Positions 22,897-34,800 of a DNA stretch of 64,000 nucleotides are shown here, piece by piece (the first letter of the stretch is position 1; every line of letters begins with the position of its first letter). A program made the position numbers and the translations under genes. Below the pieces are notes generated by a model. It was not told the origin of the DNA. It saw nothing but the letters and a program-made list of their open reading frames with translations, and ran no database searches. Source of the DNA: Epithemia pelagica (Eukaryota > Protista > Bacillariophyta); NCBI GenBank assembly GCA_946965045.2, contig OX337232.1:930001-994000 (forward strand), in the 5' to 3' direction.

Positions 22897-22968
22897 GTCG
22901 CACCTCGAATGTCGGTCGCTGAAGTCTGGCCAGCATCGGCCACGTCACTCCACCCAGTACAGACACCG
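22897..22968. mobile_element. Remnant of an Ngaro-type terminal repeat related to the element at 58.6-64 kb
   Basis: AGTCTGGCCAGCATCGGCCACGTCACTCCACCCAGTACAGACACCG is identical at ~22923-22968 and ~59045-59090, with further similarity upstream. Confidence 0.65.
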
Positions 22969-22970
22969 TA

Positions 22971-23709
22971 TCCCCCAGCGGGGGTGGCTTTGAGGGTGTA
23001 ATTTCGTGTAGCCACCCCCTTCTCTAAGAGCAAATAATAACCTATTTCTTGACGGTAGGCATATCTCATTTCCTCCACCACGATAACAACACGGGCCATG
23101 GTGTTGCACAGGTTGTTGTGCACCTATTTGGACTCTTGAAACCTGTCTTCCCAGTCATAGACCTCAAACCAATAGTGTAGAATGCATCTGCATCACCAAA
23201 GTTTAAAGGTTAAGGCTATTATGCATCAGACTCATAGGCGCCATGCCTCGTGGTACAGGCACGGACGCGACGTCTCACAATTTCGAACGAAGCAACTCAA
23301 AGGGACAATATGGCTCTTATCTTGCATTGTTTGAACACCTATTGATCTGCAATACACATAACAGTAGTAGTTACGCGCTGCATTGATAGCAAAACATCAA
23401 CTCTCATGTATTTTCATGCCATCATGGTCTCCTATAGTGCCTGTATTACGCGTCACTGTATTGGTTATTTCCTAGAGTGGCCCGAATCCACTGTATCCCT
23501 CACAATGCACTGCCATGGTACCCAGATGAAGCATATGATGGTCGGATCATGATGGGGTGGCCATTGGAGGTCACCAGCAACAACAAAGTTTGATTGTCGT
23601 GTTGTTATCGTGGTGGAGGAAATGAGATATGCCTACCGTCAAGATCCAACGAACAGAGAAGGGGGTGTTTCAACGAAATTACTCCCTCAAAAACAACCCC
23701 GCTGGGGGT
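22971..23709. mobile_element. MITE with ~120-bp imperfect TIRs and a probable TA target duplication
   Basis: TA|TCCCCCAGCGGGG...CCCCGCTGGGGGT|TA. A perfect 47-bp inverted block at 23047-23093 / 23598-23644. Confidence 0.75.
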
Positions 23710-24225
23710 TACCGGCACCGTACGTAGGCAAGAGTTACTCCCCAGAGAGGGTGAGTCATGAGGATTAGTGATCGAAATTTGATGAGCATTCTCTAAGAGT
23801 TTTCACACCAAAAGCACGACACAAATGCGACCCAATTATACTCACCCCTTCTTGGGGCTAAGGGCTAAGGCAAGAGTTAAGGTTTCGTCATGCAGTCGTC
23901 CGTCCGGCGTCGGTAGGAACGAGGACAACAATCCGGAACGAGTAGAGAACAGAGAGTGGAAGAAGACAACAGTGGAGGAAGGCAACATCATCAGATATTC
24001 AGCTGGTACAGCAGGGACACCCGGTACTTTGGTAGCAGCTTGGACTTTTCCGCTTTCGTGGTGTAGTCTTCTAAATTGGTACAGTGTGAATTTAGCGATC
24101 GCCTACAACACAATAAGTTCACTACTTAACATCAATATCCGTTGACTTTATTGAAAATTAAGTGTTTTGATCTTGAAATAAGATCAAAATTGATTTCTGA
24201 CGTTAAATTAGGGTTTAGACAATAA

Positions 24226-25029
24226 ATGTTTTCGAGTCCGCATGTCAGAGCCACGTGTGGCTTTGAGGTAACGTCAAAACCAGAGTCGAAACCACGTCGA
24301 AACCAAGTCGAAACCACTGGACACCAAGTCGAAACCACTGGACACCAACTCGAAACAAGTGGAAACAAGTGGACACCAACTCAAAACCAACTCGAAACCA
24401 ACCCGAAACCAACCCGAAACCAACCCGAAACCTTGCCACCACGACGCTCCGGATGGGTTGATTGGCGTGTTAGTGCGGCACGGGCCATTCTTGTGAGAGA
24501 CCTCGAGCCGGGTGGTCTCCTTCACAACATGGACGTTGTTCCGGCTGCACACCTCTTCAAGTTTTACAAGAATCTCCCAGAATTTGCAGACGTCCCGTTC
24601 GATCAATTCAAGGAAAGGCTCAAGGACCACCGAAAACAATCAAACGACGCGAAGGCCTTAGTGGAACGAGACCACAAGGCACAACAAGTCGACCGTCGCG
24701 TCCATCCGAGGAAGGACCGAAACTGCCGTGGAGAGCTGGTCTTTGACATCCATCCAGCAAAGTACCTTCTCCGGATGGACGTGGCCAATGGCGTTCACCT
24801 CAAGTTGAAGCCCATGGCACTGAGGAAGACTCGTCCTGCCTATATGGAATTCAAGCCAGAAATCTTCAAGTTTCGAATCTATCAAGAAGTGAGACGAGTT
24901 CGCTACTTCAACTACTTGCGGCTCAAGGAAGAGGAAGCCAAACAGAAAGCCAATCTGCCTTCGATCTCTCCAATGGACGAGTTGATGCGACGCCGAGAAC
25001 TCGCAAAATGCATCCTAGCATACAAATAA
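24226..25029 (+). CDS. Transposon-associated hypothetical protein (ORF-A)
   Basis: The N-terminus is translated from the repeat array. The globular part is WRVSAARAILVRDL...FDIHPAKYLLRMDVANGVH..P..LRKTRPAY.EF...IYQEVRR. A 48-bp tandem duplication (24985-25032 / 25033-25080) covers the stop. Confidence 0.55.
   Translation: MFSSPHVRATCGFEVTSKPESKPRRNQVETTGHQVETTGHQLETSGNKWTPTQNQLETNPKPTRNQPETLPPRRSGWVDWRVSAARAILVRDLEPGGLLHNMDVVPAAHLFKFYKNLPEFADVPFDQFKERLKDHRKQSNDAKALVERDHKAQQVDRRVHPRKDRNCRGELVFDIHPAKYLLRMDVANGVHLKLKPMALRKTRPAYMEFKPEIFKFRIYQEVRRVRYFNYLRLKEEEAKQKANLPSISPMDELMRRRELAKCILAYK
24285..24432. repeat. 11-bp-based tandem array (GAAACCAACTC / GAAACCAAGTC / GACACCAAGTC), left
   Basis: Directly visible; the same family and orientation as 28674-28812. 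Confidence 0.9.
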
Positions 25030-25125
25030 AACATGCGACGCCGAGAACTCGCAAAACGCATCCTAGCATACAAATAAAACATAGTAGAAAACCAATTCTC
25101 AACTAGAATGAATTTATGGATGAAT

Positions 25126-26121
25126 CTATGGCTCAAATAGGAGACTTGTGCCATTATCGAGTGTATACTGGACTGTCACAGCCACTGCACGAAACGCAAT
25201 GCCGTGTTTGTCGTCCGAGTGCCTCTACGTTTGGTTGAGGCATCCAAGCGCAGCCATTTTCCCGTTGAAACTTTCATGCCAAAGACGGATCCGGCTCTTG
25301 AGATTATTCGCTTCTTTGGAATCTTCTTGGGGATTGGGCCAGGAAATTTTCCCACCGAACTCCTTCTTGATGTAACCGCGATCAGCCACGATCAATTTGC
25401 CCGGCCTGAGTCGTGCCAAGACGCCAGACCGTTCAAGCATTTCCTTGTCCCCCATTCCACCACGCACAGGGTCATATATATGAACACACCGCGGTCGGTG
25501 CGCAGCCATTACAATCTGATATTTGAGAGCACCGTGAACATGCTTGTGCGAACAATTCCCGCGATCAAACGGAAGCAGCTGCGTCTTGTGCTTGCGCTCA
25601 AAAGTCTTTTTGTCCACACCGTCAACGGACAATGCATTGACCTCCGAGGTGGGGCTGTCCAGAATTCTCGGCCAGAAAATTACCTTTGTCTTGAGAAACG
25701 CAATTTTTCGAATCCACACCCACAGATGCTCACCTCGAGCATAGCTCTCACACATTCGAAAGCGATCAGCAAGTTGCTCACTATTTCTCGTGTAGCTGTA
25801 GAGAAAGTAATGCGCAACCATGAACATCTTAAACCCTCTCTTCTTCTCATTCGTAGAAAGTTGTTGCCCTCCATTGTCGTCTGTTGCGTGGCATAGGTCA
25901 AACCATTGTGCAGCAATCACCAACGGGTGAGACCCGTAGTGCTTGCTGAACTTCAGTTGTCGCCGTTCCAATGCCAATGTACCATCATTGTCCACATCCA
26001 GAAGCCGTAGGCCCCTTACAAGAACTTCCGACGGCTGAAGAGTCATTCTTTTTGATTGTTGCAAAATGTGACGCATGGATTGAAGTTGGAGCAGAACTCC
26101 ATCGGCATTCGGGAAGGTCAC
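25126..26121 (-). pseudogene. PIF/Harbinger-ISL2EU-type DDE transposase (DDE_Tnp_4-like) with a premature TAG at 25225-25227
   Basis: LSVDGVD, GALKYQI, GGMGDKEM, IVADRGY, RLWHESFNGKM. The frame continues past the TAG as RHSDDKHGIAFRAVAVTVQYTLDNGTSLLFEP*. Confidence 0.8.
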
Positions 26122-26447
26122 TCACTAGTCCAATGTGTCACACTCGTAGCCCTTGAAGACACATGATAATGGTGATGAGGACCCGTGGGTAGATTGACCA
26201 ACACGCGCCAGCAAATTCACAAGTTTTCAACTCGTTGGTAGAAACAAGGAAGACAGCATCTAAGTAGACATCCTAATACATATGAATGCGTCAATCAAAC
26301 TCTAGAATATTGTTATCCATTAATGAATATGATGGGCCATGAACCACCATGTGCAATGGTGACGATTGGCCAACTTGGTAGAAGTAGATTGTCGCCAGTC
26401 CGGTTTCTCTTTCGACCGTAGCAGCATCTCTCCAAAAAACCAACAAC

Positions 26448-27916
26448 ATGGAAGGCTCACAACAAGAACAAGCATCCATCCAGGAAGAGAAAGATTGGGA
26501 TCACCAGTTTCACGCTGAGGACGATCCCCCTGTTGCCACCCCTGAGCATCCCAAGAGAAAGAAGCGAGCTGCTGTCGGTGGATTGAACGAAGACGTCACA
26601 AAACGGCTTCTTGATTCATTTGAGCATTCGGGGAATACTTGAGACACCTTCGACCTTTGGAGTCTCTGCGACTCAAACCCGTCAGTTTTCGGAGCCGAAG
26701 GATCGACGCTTCGGCGACAGGTCCAACGGCGTTGGGCCAAGTGCAAGAATTGGAGCATCAAGGCTCACATCTCATACCTGAACAAGCTTGGCGTGATACC
26801 AGGCAAAGTCAGCTTGGCAGAGTTTGCAGAGTTTGCAGCAGCATCGAAGAACATGAAGCAGAACAAAGCCCCTCCCTCGGACAACTCGTCCACCGCCTCC
26901 AACTCCCACACCACCAACGAAGAGATCATCGTTGAAGAACACGAGGACCCGTATGCCATGCTGTTTGACAGCAACGGCATCAATCCTCCTCCTCCACAGG
27001 ATGACGTGGCCTCGCTTTCAGATAACTTCCAGCAAGTTGGATTGTTGGATGAAGATGAAGACACAAAACCTGCAGCCAGGGCTCATCCACCGCCGGCCAT
27101 CCGTCACCAGAACAACAACCACAAAGCTTCCGCGATGTTCCATACACCTCCCCGTCCCCCTATGGCCCGTTCTTTCGTCCCGGGCCAACAGCAGCATCGC
27201 TTTGGCCAACTGTCACCTTTGGTGTCCGCTGCCGCCAATTCTTCTCCTAGCCATCCCTTCATTCGGATTTCGTGGTTTGTGAAACAGAATGGCACGGTGC
27301 AACATCCTTGGATTGTGCCGATTTCCAAGTATGCTGAGCGCCACCGCGACTTTGACGTGCAGTTTGTCCAGGGCATAAATCAAGAAGGCTTCTTCACTCG
27401 CAACGGATTCCATGTTCGCAGGCATGTCGCATGCCCGGATATGAACGCTTGGGAGGCGACAATCCCTGACAGAGACTATGAGGAGATGTGGCACGGACGG
27501 TTGATTCGGTTCAAGGGTCCCGCTCAGGATTTTTTGTTCGCGACACTGAGCGTTACCACGAAGGAATTGGTAGGGACTCGAAGGTGAATTGCGACGCGAC
27601 TTTAAAGGCTCACAGTGCGACTGAAGTCGCGATTGACGATTCGAAGGAAAAATGGCGCCAGGTCGCGTACTGGCTCTTTGTTTTTTCCCCGGGCGTTGTC
27701 TTGGACAACAAGATTTTCTCGAAGGATGACAACGTGGTGCCAATCATCAAGAATAAACTCAAGCTCAAGAAGGATCACCCTGTCAATCTGTTTGGGAAAG
27801 ATATCTTGGCCATGACCCTTTATTGGCGCATTGCCATCTCTGGTGGCCAAAAGATTGGTGGTAAGCAGTCTCAAAAGACTCAGGAGGCTGAGGCCAGGAA
27901 CATGTTCTCCGAATAG
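26448..27916 (+). pseudogene. Transposon accessory ORF-C (possible helical DNA-binding N-terminus), disrupted by an in-frame TGA (26640-26642) and a frameshift (~27535)
   Basis: ORFs 26448-26642 and 26793-27587 share a frame (SGNT*DTFDLWSLCDSNPSVFGAEGSTLRRQVQRRW); the protein continues in 27488-27916. Confidence 0.55.
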
Positions 27917-27997
27917 GTACACCTCTAGTAATTGACTACATAATAGTAAAAGCGAATTCTTTGTCTGAAATGCACTAGTGGTTATTGTGGCTCTATA

Positions 27998-28465
27998 CTA
28001 ACGGCTTCCACCATTGAATTTGATTCGGTGCCAGCGGGCCTTTTCGTTGGGTAAGGCATTCTGTTCGGAAATTGCTGTGTTCAGAAATTTAAGAAATAGT
28101 GTTGCGATGCGCTTTCCACCTTCTCCTGATGCAGAGATTTCCTCAAACTCTGCCATTTTCCTCGTCAACACATTAAACATCTCCAACATATCAGCATTTT
28201 CGAAGATCATGGCCTCTTCTTTGTTCGATGGTGTCTGAACCTGGGCCTCCATCACAAAACTTGTGTGTTGAATTCTCGTCGCCTTCAACACCGTCGGATT
28301 CGACTTGACTTGGATGATTACAGGGGTGTAGTAGCGGGTGCACTCCTTTGCCGTGTCAACCCATGCTCGTAGCCCCTTGTAGGTCCCCAACACAATCTTG
28401 ATTCTCGCCCCTTTCCTCTCGTTGATGGGCGGTAGGTTGGAGGATTTCTTGTTGTTCTCGGTCAT
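27998..28465 (-). CDS. Transposon-associated hypothetical protein (ORF-D) with a KOW-like motif
   Basis: MTENNKKS..KGARIKIVLGTYKGLRAWVD.., ~155-aa open frame. Confidence 0.5.
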   Translation of the reverse strand: MTENNKKSSNLPPINERKGARIKIVLGTYKGLRAWVDTAKECTRYYTPVIIQVKSNPTVLKATRIQHTSFVMEAQVQTPSNKEEAMIFENADMLEMFNVLTRKMAEFEEISASGEGGKRIATLFLKFLNTAISEQNALPNEKARWHRIKFNGGSR

Positions 28466-28673
28466 GTTCGTCTTGCCACTTCGTCTTGTCAATTCTTTCC
28501 TCCTGTAGTTTTTTGAGTCTGAACTCCTGCCGAACAAATCACGCTCTCACTCGCTTTTTTACCACTCCTCTTGTCGCCAAGACAAAGTGAGCACCCTCTC
28601 GCTCGCTTTTACAACTCCTTTCGTCGCCAGAAGCGATGTTGCAAGAGATGGTTGATTATTGCGTTCGCGAGAA

Positions 28674-28812
28674 GTCGAAACCAACTCGAAACCAACTCGA
28701 AACCAACTCGAAACCAACTCGAAACCAACTCGAAACCAAGTCGAAACAACTGGACACCAAGTCGAAACAACTGGACACCAAGTCGAAACAACTGGACACC
28801 AAGTCGAAACCA
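28674..28812. repeat. 11-bp-based tandem array (GAAACCAACTC..., GAAACAACTGGACACCAAGTC), right
   Basis: Directly visible. Confidence 0.9.
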
Positions 28813-29118
28813 GACGTTAAAATCGGGACCAACCCAAAACCAACACGACTCAAAATGGAAAGATTCAGCGATCATCATAATACAAGACTCATATGCGACA
28901 TAAGAAAACTAATAATTAACAATAATTTGTTTGGTCTTGAACACGTGTCTTTGACCCGAACCCTATTGTGCATAAAATACGAGCTCCACCGCACTGAAAT
29001 TGCACAGCCAGTAGCCCGTGCTTTTGGGGTCCCCACTGTTTTTCCTATAGTGATTCTACCCCCCAGCGGGGGTGAGTCATGAGGTTTAGTGATTCGATTC
29101 TGGTGTGCAAAGTCTTTC

Positions 29119-29722
29119 TCACCCCCACGGCGCGTCCCTTGCGCTCTCGACTTTGACACAAACCTAGCAACCACTCCGCGCATTCACCACGGTACTGGAG
29201 GTGATGCGATCGTCCATGGCCCATCATCACTGCCCAAAGGCCACCATCATCCAAAACAAGGCGCATGTGGACTGTATGACTCGATGGTGGTGCGGAAAGG
29301 TTGACATTGGCTTGCCGTTGTAATCGGAAAAAGCCTGGTTGATTGTGGTTTCGAGCGAATGCGAAGCTTCCATTTGCTCTGTGGAGGTGCAAGGGAGGCT
29401 TGCGGATGGTTGGATCAAAAGGAGAGCTTGCATGGATGGATGGAAAGGACGGTCATCTGTCTCGTTGGTCTAGTTGTTCTTGGTGGTGGTATGCAGACCG
29501 TGGAGAGACTTGTTGCGGCGGGTTTCGGAGGCAACCGCAGGTTCACAATGGTCCGGTGGGGTAAGGGAGACATGTTGATCTTCTTGGGTGAAGGATTGAA
29601 CGTTCATGGGTGATGTTATGACACTCTCAAGATTGGCTCCGTGGTGAATGTGTGGTGTGTTTTGGTGGTTTGTGTCAAAGTCGAGAAATCGCCAATTTTG
29701 GACCCTCGCGCCGTGGGGGTGA
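29119..29722. mobile_element. MITE-like element with bipartite TIRs
   Basis: TCACCCCCACGGCGCG..CTCGACTTTGACACAAACC at the left; GGTTTGTGTCAAAGTCGAG..CGCGCCGTGGGGGTGA at the right. No clean TSD seen. Confidence 0.65.
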
Positions 29723-29879
29723 AAAAAAAGGAACAGTCTATTTTAACGCTGCCGCACGCACCCAGCTGGGGTGACGCCGACCGACGCGCCGGGCCTCCGA
29801 GTTAACGAAGGCGAGGACTAAAAAGAACTAATTCGATGGAAATGATCGTGCGGATCAAGGCGTGTAGAGTTTGTTGAGC

Positions 29880-30750
29880 AATGAATGATAGAGGGTGAGG
29901 GAGGTGATGAATTCAAGCAAGAGAGGCGTAGTTTCATCATTCAATCAGAGGATACACAGAGTTGGATCTTGTGGTACAAACAAAATCACCACAGGAGCTG
30001 ACATAGTGCAGATGATGAGTGTAGAGTGAGGTGGCATATTCAAGACAAGCCAAACACCGTAGAGATATGGGAATTCTTGTAAGGCATAGTAGACTTGAAG
30101 TAGAACTTGAAAGAACAGTGGAAGGAGAGATTCAATGTAGAAGCGATTCAATACCAGGAGCCGCAGCACATGAGAGTCGATAGATATAAAGGGCCAGAGA
30201 GGCGGATGGAGTATGAGGGTGTTCCTGGATAATGAAGTGGTGCCATGTCAAAATCGACCGACGGGAAAGGCAAATTTTCTTGAGTATGGGTGAGGAGGTC
30301 CTCGTAATTAGGATAAGACAGAAGAGAGAGTCAATGCCAATCCTGAGTCCGGAGACTGACAGGAAGGAGCAGAAATCTTTGAGATAGTTTTTTGTATGTT
30401 CGGTGCGAAGCAAGTCAGTTATTGTGCAGGTCAGTTGAAGAAAGGAGAGACGCCAGTGGTTATAAACCAACGAGAAAAGGGCTGATCACAGCAACAAAAT
30501 ACGTTGTAAGTGATGAGGCAAAGAGAAGAAGGTGATTGGGACGGGAAAGGTGAGAAGCAAGGTGGTCATCGGGTGGCTTCGCCATGGTAGGATCCTGGTC
30601 ACAAAGTGCGATACGATAGGGCCGGTACAAATGCTACGGATTGGGCCTGTGTATTTGGCAAACTCAGAGATTGAGAGTCTTTCTGTTTTGCTCGACCAGA
30701 GAATTATATGCGCCGTGGGGGTGAATAAGACTATGCACCTCGAATTCACG
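29880..30750 (-). pseudogene. Degenerate coding remnant, probably TE-derived
   Basis: Long minus-strand frames interrupted mainly by TGA stops, and a strong purine/pyrimidine strand skew. No diagnostic motif recognised. Confidence 0.3.
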
Positions 30751-31860
30751 ACACATGTGCGACCCGACTATTCACCACTGCTTGGGGGTAATAGTGATTC
30801 TAGCTTCGTAGGAAGACCACTACGGTCATTTTGCACTGCGTAACACCACCATGGCACACTCAAGCCGGTGTGCACCTCCAACGAAAGGTGCTAGTACTCC
30901 TCCGACCATCCAGGATGCCTCAGAATCAAGTGTACCGTGAGGGAATGGACGGGCGGCGATGAACTCTCGATAGCTGTGGAGCTACGGCAAGATTTAGAAG
31001 ACCTTCCATTTTTCGGTTGGAAGGAAGCAACGAGAGGATCCAGATTGGAGTCGGATAATGATGGAATGAAACAAGATTGCAAGGAGAGACGACAATGGAA
31101 GCTCCGAAATGGATGGATGAGGCGTAGGAGAGCGGCGTCAAGGACACACGGCAATCTTCTGGATGATTCCGAAGCACAAACATGACGAGAATCTCGGCAA
31201 CCGCATCGAAGGAAGTGACAATCAGAAGACGACGCTAATGGAGACAATGAATGCAGCAATTCACTTATCGTCCGTCCGCATCCAACAATCAACTTCTTGG
31301 CTTTGCGTGGTCCGAACACAGCAAATGAAAGCCTCGTCGGGTTGGTCCGAACGCTCCGAGGCAACAACAACAATCGCGACAACAGCAAACAAGGAAGCAA
31401 CAATACAAGATGACTATGCTTGACAGAATGCAAATTGAAATGGATTCCGATGGCTGGAAGCCTTTGGCATAGATCAGCAATGCATGAAAGAGTGTTTACA
31501 GCAAACACGGCAATCACACGGATCGCAATCAACAACAAAACAACAACCGAGTTCCGAATAACAAGTAACATGGATGCAACATGCAACAACTCCCCAAAGT
31601 CCTCCTACGAGTCCTCTCTTGAACGCGCATCACCCCGCGACAGCGACAGCGACAACAAGCGGTGACAACGATAGCAAGTGCTGACAACGATAAATCAAAC
31701 GGCGAACGCAACAATCCACGATCAACCCCTCGTATCTCCCAAACGAATCTGTTGAAACCAATTGCTCAGCCTTCAGCCTTTGCAATGGCACGCTTGTTTC
31801 TCCTTACAAACTTCGTTTTCGCTATAGAGTGAGCTCTCTCAGCTCGTCGTTAATCTAGTC

Positions 31861-34800
31861 TTAGTTTGATCTTCTATGACCTTCTCCGATTAGAATGTCC
31901 CTGTAACTTCTTGTCGTGGTCATTCCAGAGGCATTAACACCGGCGTCTGATCCGGCCATGTCTTTTCCTTTCTTGTTATCTTGTGGTTGACTTGTGTCCC
32001 CATCTGTATTGCTACTGCCGTTCCAGTATGACTTCTTGTCTCCCTGGTGGACAAGTTTAGTCTTAGTCGTACTCGGCATTGCTTCCGAATGACCAGCTTC
32101 CGAATCGTTCGTCCGTCGGTCCTCGTGCTTCAACACACTCCTTGGGTCCTCCATCTGGTCAGTTGGTGGATCCATTCCCATTACGAGGTTCCGCAGCTTG
32201 TGAAACAGGTGTCCTTGAAGAGGCTTTGTGAAGAAATCTGCTATCATGTCCTTGGTGGGACAGTGTTCGATTAATATTTCCCCTTTTTTTACTTGGTCGG
32301 TGATATAAAAATAACGTAAGTGCATGTGTTTGGTTCGTTTCGTGCTTGATTGACGTCCATTCTTTTCAAGAAGTATAGCACTTAAGTTGTCTTGATACAG
32401 CACATTTGCAGCGATGGAAAACCCTTGCGCTTCCAAGAACATTTTGGTCCACAATATCTGTGGAAGAACATCGTGCACGCCGACAACCTCACTTTCAGTC
32501 GAGCTACGAGTCACCATCTTTTGTTTCCAGGATCCACTGAAAACTGATCCTTTACCCATAGACATCGTTGCTCCTGTGTGACCTCTCATGTTGGGGTGCA
32601 CTGCATATGAAGCATCAATCCACCATTGCAGTTTTCCATCATCCTCTACCCGTAGAGTTAGAGGAAGCGACCGGGTTCCTTGTAGATACTTCATCATTCG
32701 ACTGAGTTTACTGTAATCATCTTCGTCAGGACAGGTTAGTCGCCCACACAGAAACGACACTGCTGTACGGATATCAGGACGACCCCTTTGACTGAGATAT
32801 AGGGCTTGCATTACAAGGTGCACAAAAATTTCCTTCTTCTTGGGATTTAAAGTTGGTATACCATTCGTGTTCACCTTGAACAAACTGCTGGAAGCTGGAG
32901 TTGATGCCACTCCTATCATGTCCTCGGGCATGTCATTGATCATATTGTTGATGTAGCTCTCCATTCTGATAATCACTGACCCCTCCACTGAATAGTCAAG
33001 AATCATACCAAGGTAGTCGTGCACTTTTCCTCGTGATATGGTTAGGGGTCCTTCTTTCCCAAAGGTTTCTTCCATTTGTTGAATGAACTGATCTACGACT
33101 GTGCTGGACTTGTGGGAAACCTTGATATCGTCCACATGCCAGGTGACTGTCAATTGGCCACCACTGCACTCCTTATTCGCCACACACTCGTCGTATGGGT
33201 TCACAACAAAACCCCATTCAACCAGTTGCTTGCTTAGCATCTCCCAAAATAGCCGAGCTGCCTTTAGAGTACCGTAGAGGGCCTTGTCCAACACCACGTA
33301 CAACGTTTTCTCCCCTCGTTCATAGCAGATGTAGCTGGCATAGCATGGGTCAATTTCCAGTAGCATCTCTAGCATTTCCCCAGTAAATCTGATGTGAACA
33401 ATGTCGTCCATATCTGCCTGCATAAAAGCCCCGGGCACATCTACCACTGCAACGTCTCGTTTTTCTTTGGCATCGATAGCGGCTGTTAGTAAAACCGACT
33501 CTGTTTTTACTGTAGGTGACGTCGAATCCTCTTTGGGTATATAATCGCGCTGTTTGCGCCCATCCGCGCATCCGCGACCCTTGACTTTGCCTGTTCTCTT
33601 CCTTTTCAGGAACATAAGATAGGCCAGCGCATCTCTTCGTTGTTTTGGTGTTAAGCTATACCGCGCGACCGGCCTCATAACCTTTCTGTCATGCAGCTGT
33701 CTCATCTCTTTCCGAACAGCGTCCAATCCTTCTTCGCCGAACTTTTTCAACCCCAACTTCAAGGACATTTGGGGAGTTTCCACGGTATCTTCAACTCCTG
33801 CCACTTCAGCCATGACTGCACCATCCTCGTCCTCATTTTCTCGGTCGTTTGTGTCAAACTCCTCAGGATTGTATCGGTAACTATAGTCTCGTGTTCTGCG
33901 GCTTCGTAAGCTGTATCTTCCTTCATTCTCACGGTTGCCACTTTCCTCTTCATCATGATGAGACTGGTTATCACCTTCTTCAGCCGCAGCCATCACTGGG
34001 TCATTATTTACGTCCGTATTGCTCACGGACGACTCTTCCTGTTCTTCTTCAATCGGCACGTCATCCACGTCGGCATCATCATCGATAGGGTCCATAGCAT
34101 CATTCTCCGGCTCCAGTTCCATGACAACTGGTGGCACTCCTTCATTTTCCGCTACATCCATTACGGGCAACACTCCTTGGTTTTCCTCTTCCTCCACCAC
34201 GGGCAACACTCCTTGGTTTTCATCCTCATTGTCAGCAATCTCATCCTCTGGATCGTCATACTCGTCGTACTCATCGACTATTTCGTCCATCTCGTTGGGG
34301 ATAAAGTCGTCATCGTCTTCGTCGTCATCGTCCAAATCAAAAATGTTTGCCAGGTTATTTCTGTCCCCGAACACAAGACCCGGGTTTGCCTTTTGTTGCC
34401 GTGCCATCCTGTGCACCCGATCGATAACATCGTCAGGCATAGGTAGAGCAGTTGCGTGTAGTCGATTAATTACTCGTCCCGTTGAAAGACTGAGAAAATA
34501 ATAACTTCCTTGGGCGTTTCCAGTTGGTCGTAGTGCGAGTGCCCCAATCGTCCTTGGGTTCATAGAGTTGTCGTGCTCTTCGTGTGTTTGGCAGTATTCT
34601 CCGAATTGATACTTGCAGTGGCGGCTATAATCTAGCTTTTGTCCTGTAATGATCGTTCTGGGACTTGCCTCTTGAGATACGCCACTCGCAATAGGAAACC
34701 CGTTCAGCCAGAACACAGCCGATTTTGCCATTTCGATAACTAGTCTCCCAGGTATTTTCTTGAACGGTAGTGTATTGTAAGTTGCCCGAATCCGCTCCTT

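Noticed and set aside
23856-23872. GGGGCTAAGGGCTAAGG as a telomere-like repeat
   Set aside because: Only two units, not TTAGGG, and internal to a TE nest.
24285-28812. 11/22-bp repeat arrays as possible CRISPR arrays
   Set aside because: The units are contiguous with no unique spacers, there are no cas genes, and the context is eukaryotic.
24209-28954. TAGGGTT / AACCCTA as TIRs of the Harbinger-type cassette
   Set aside because: Only 7 bp of complementarity and no TSD.
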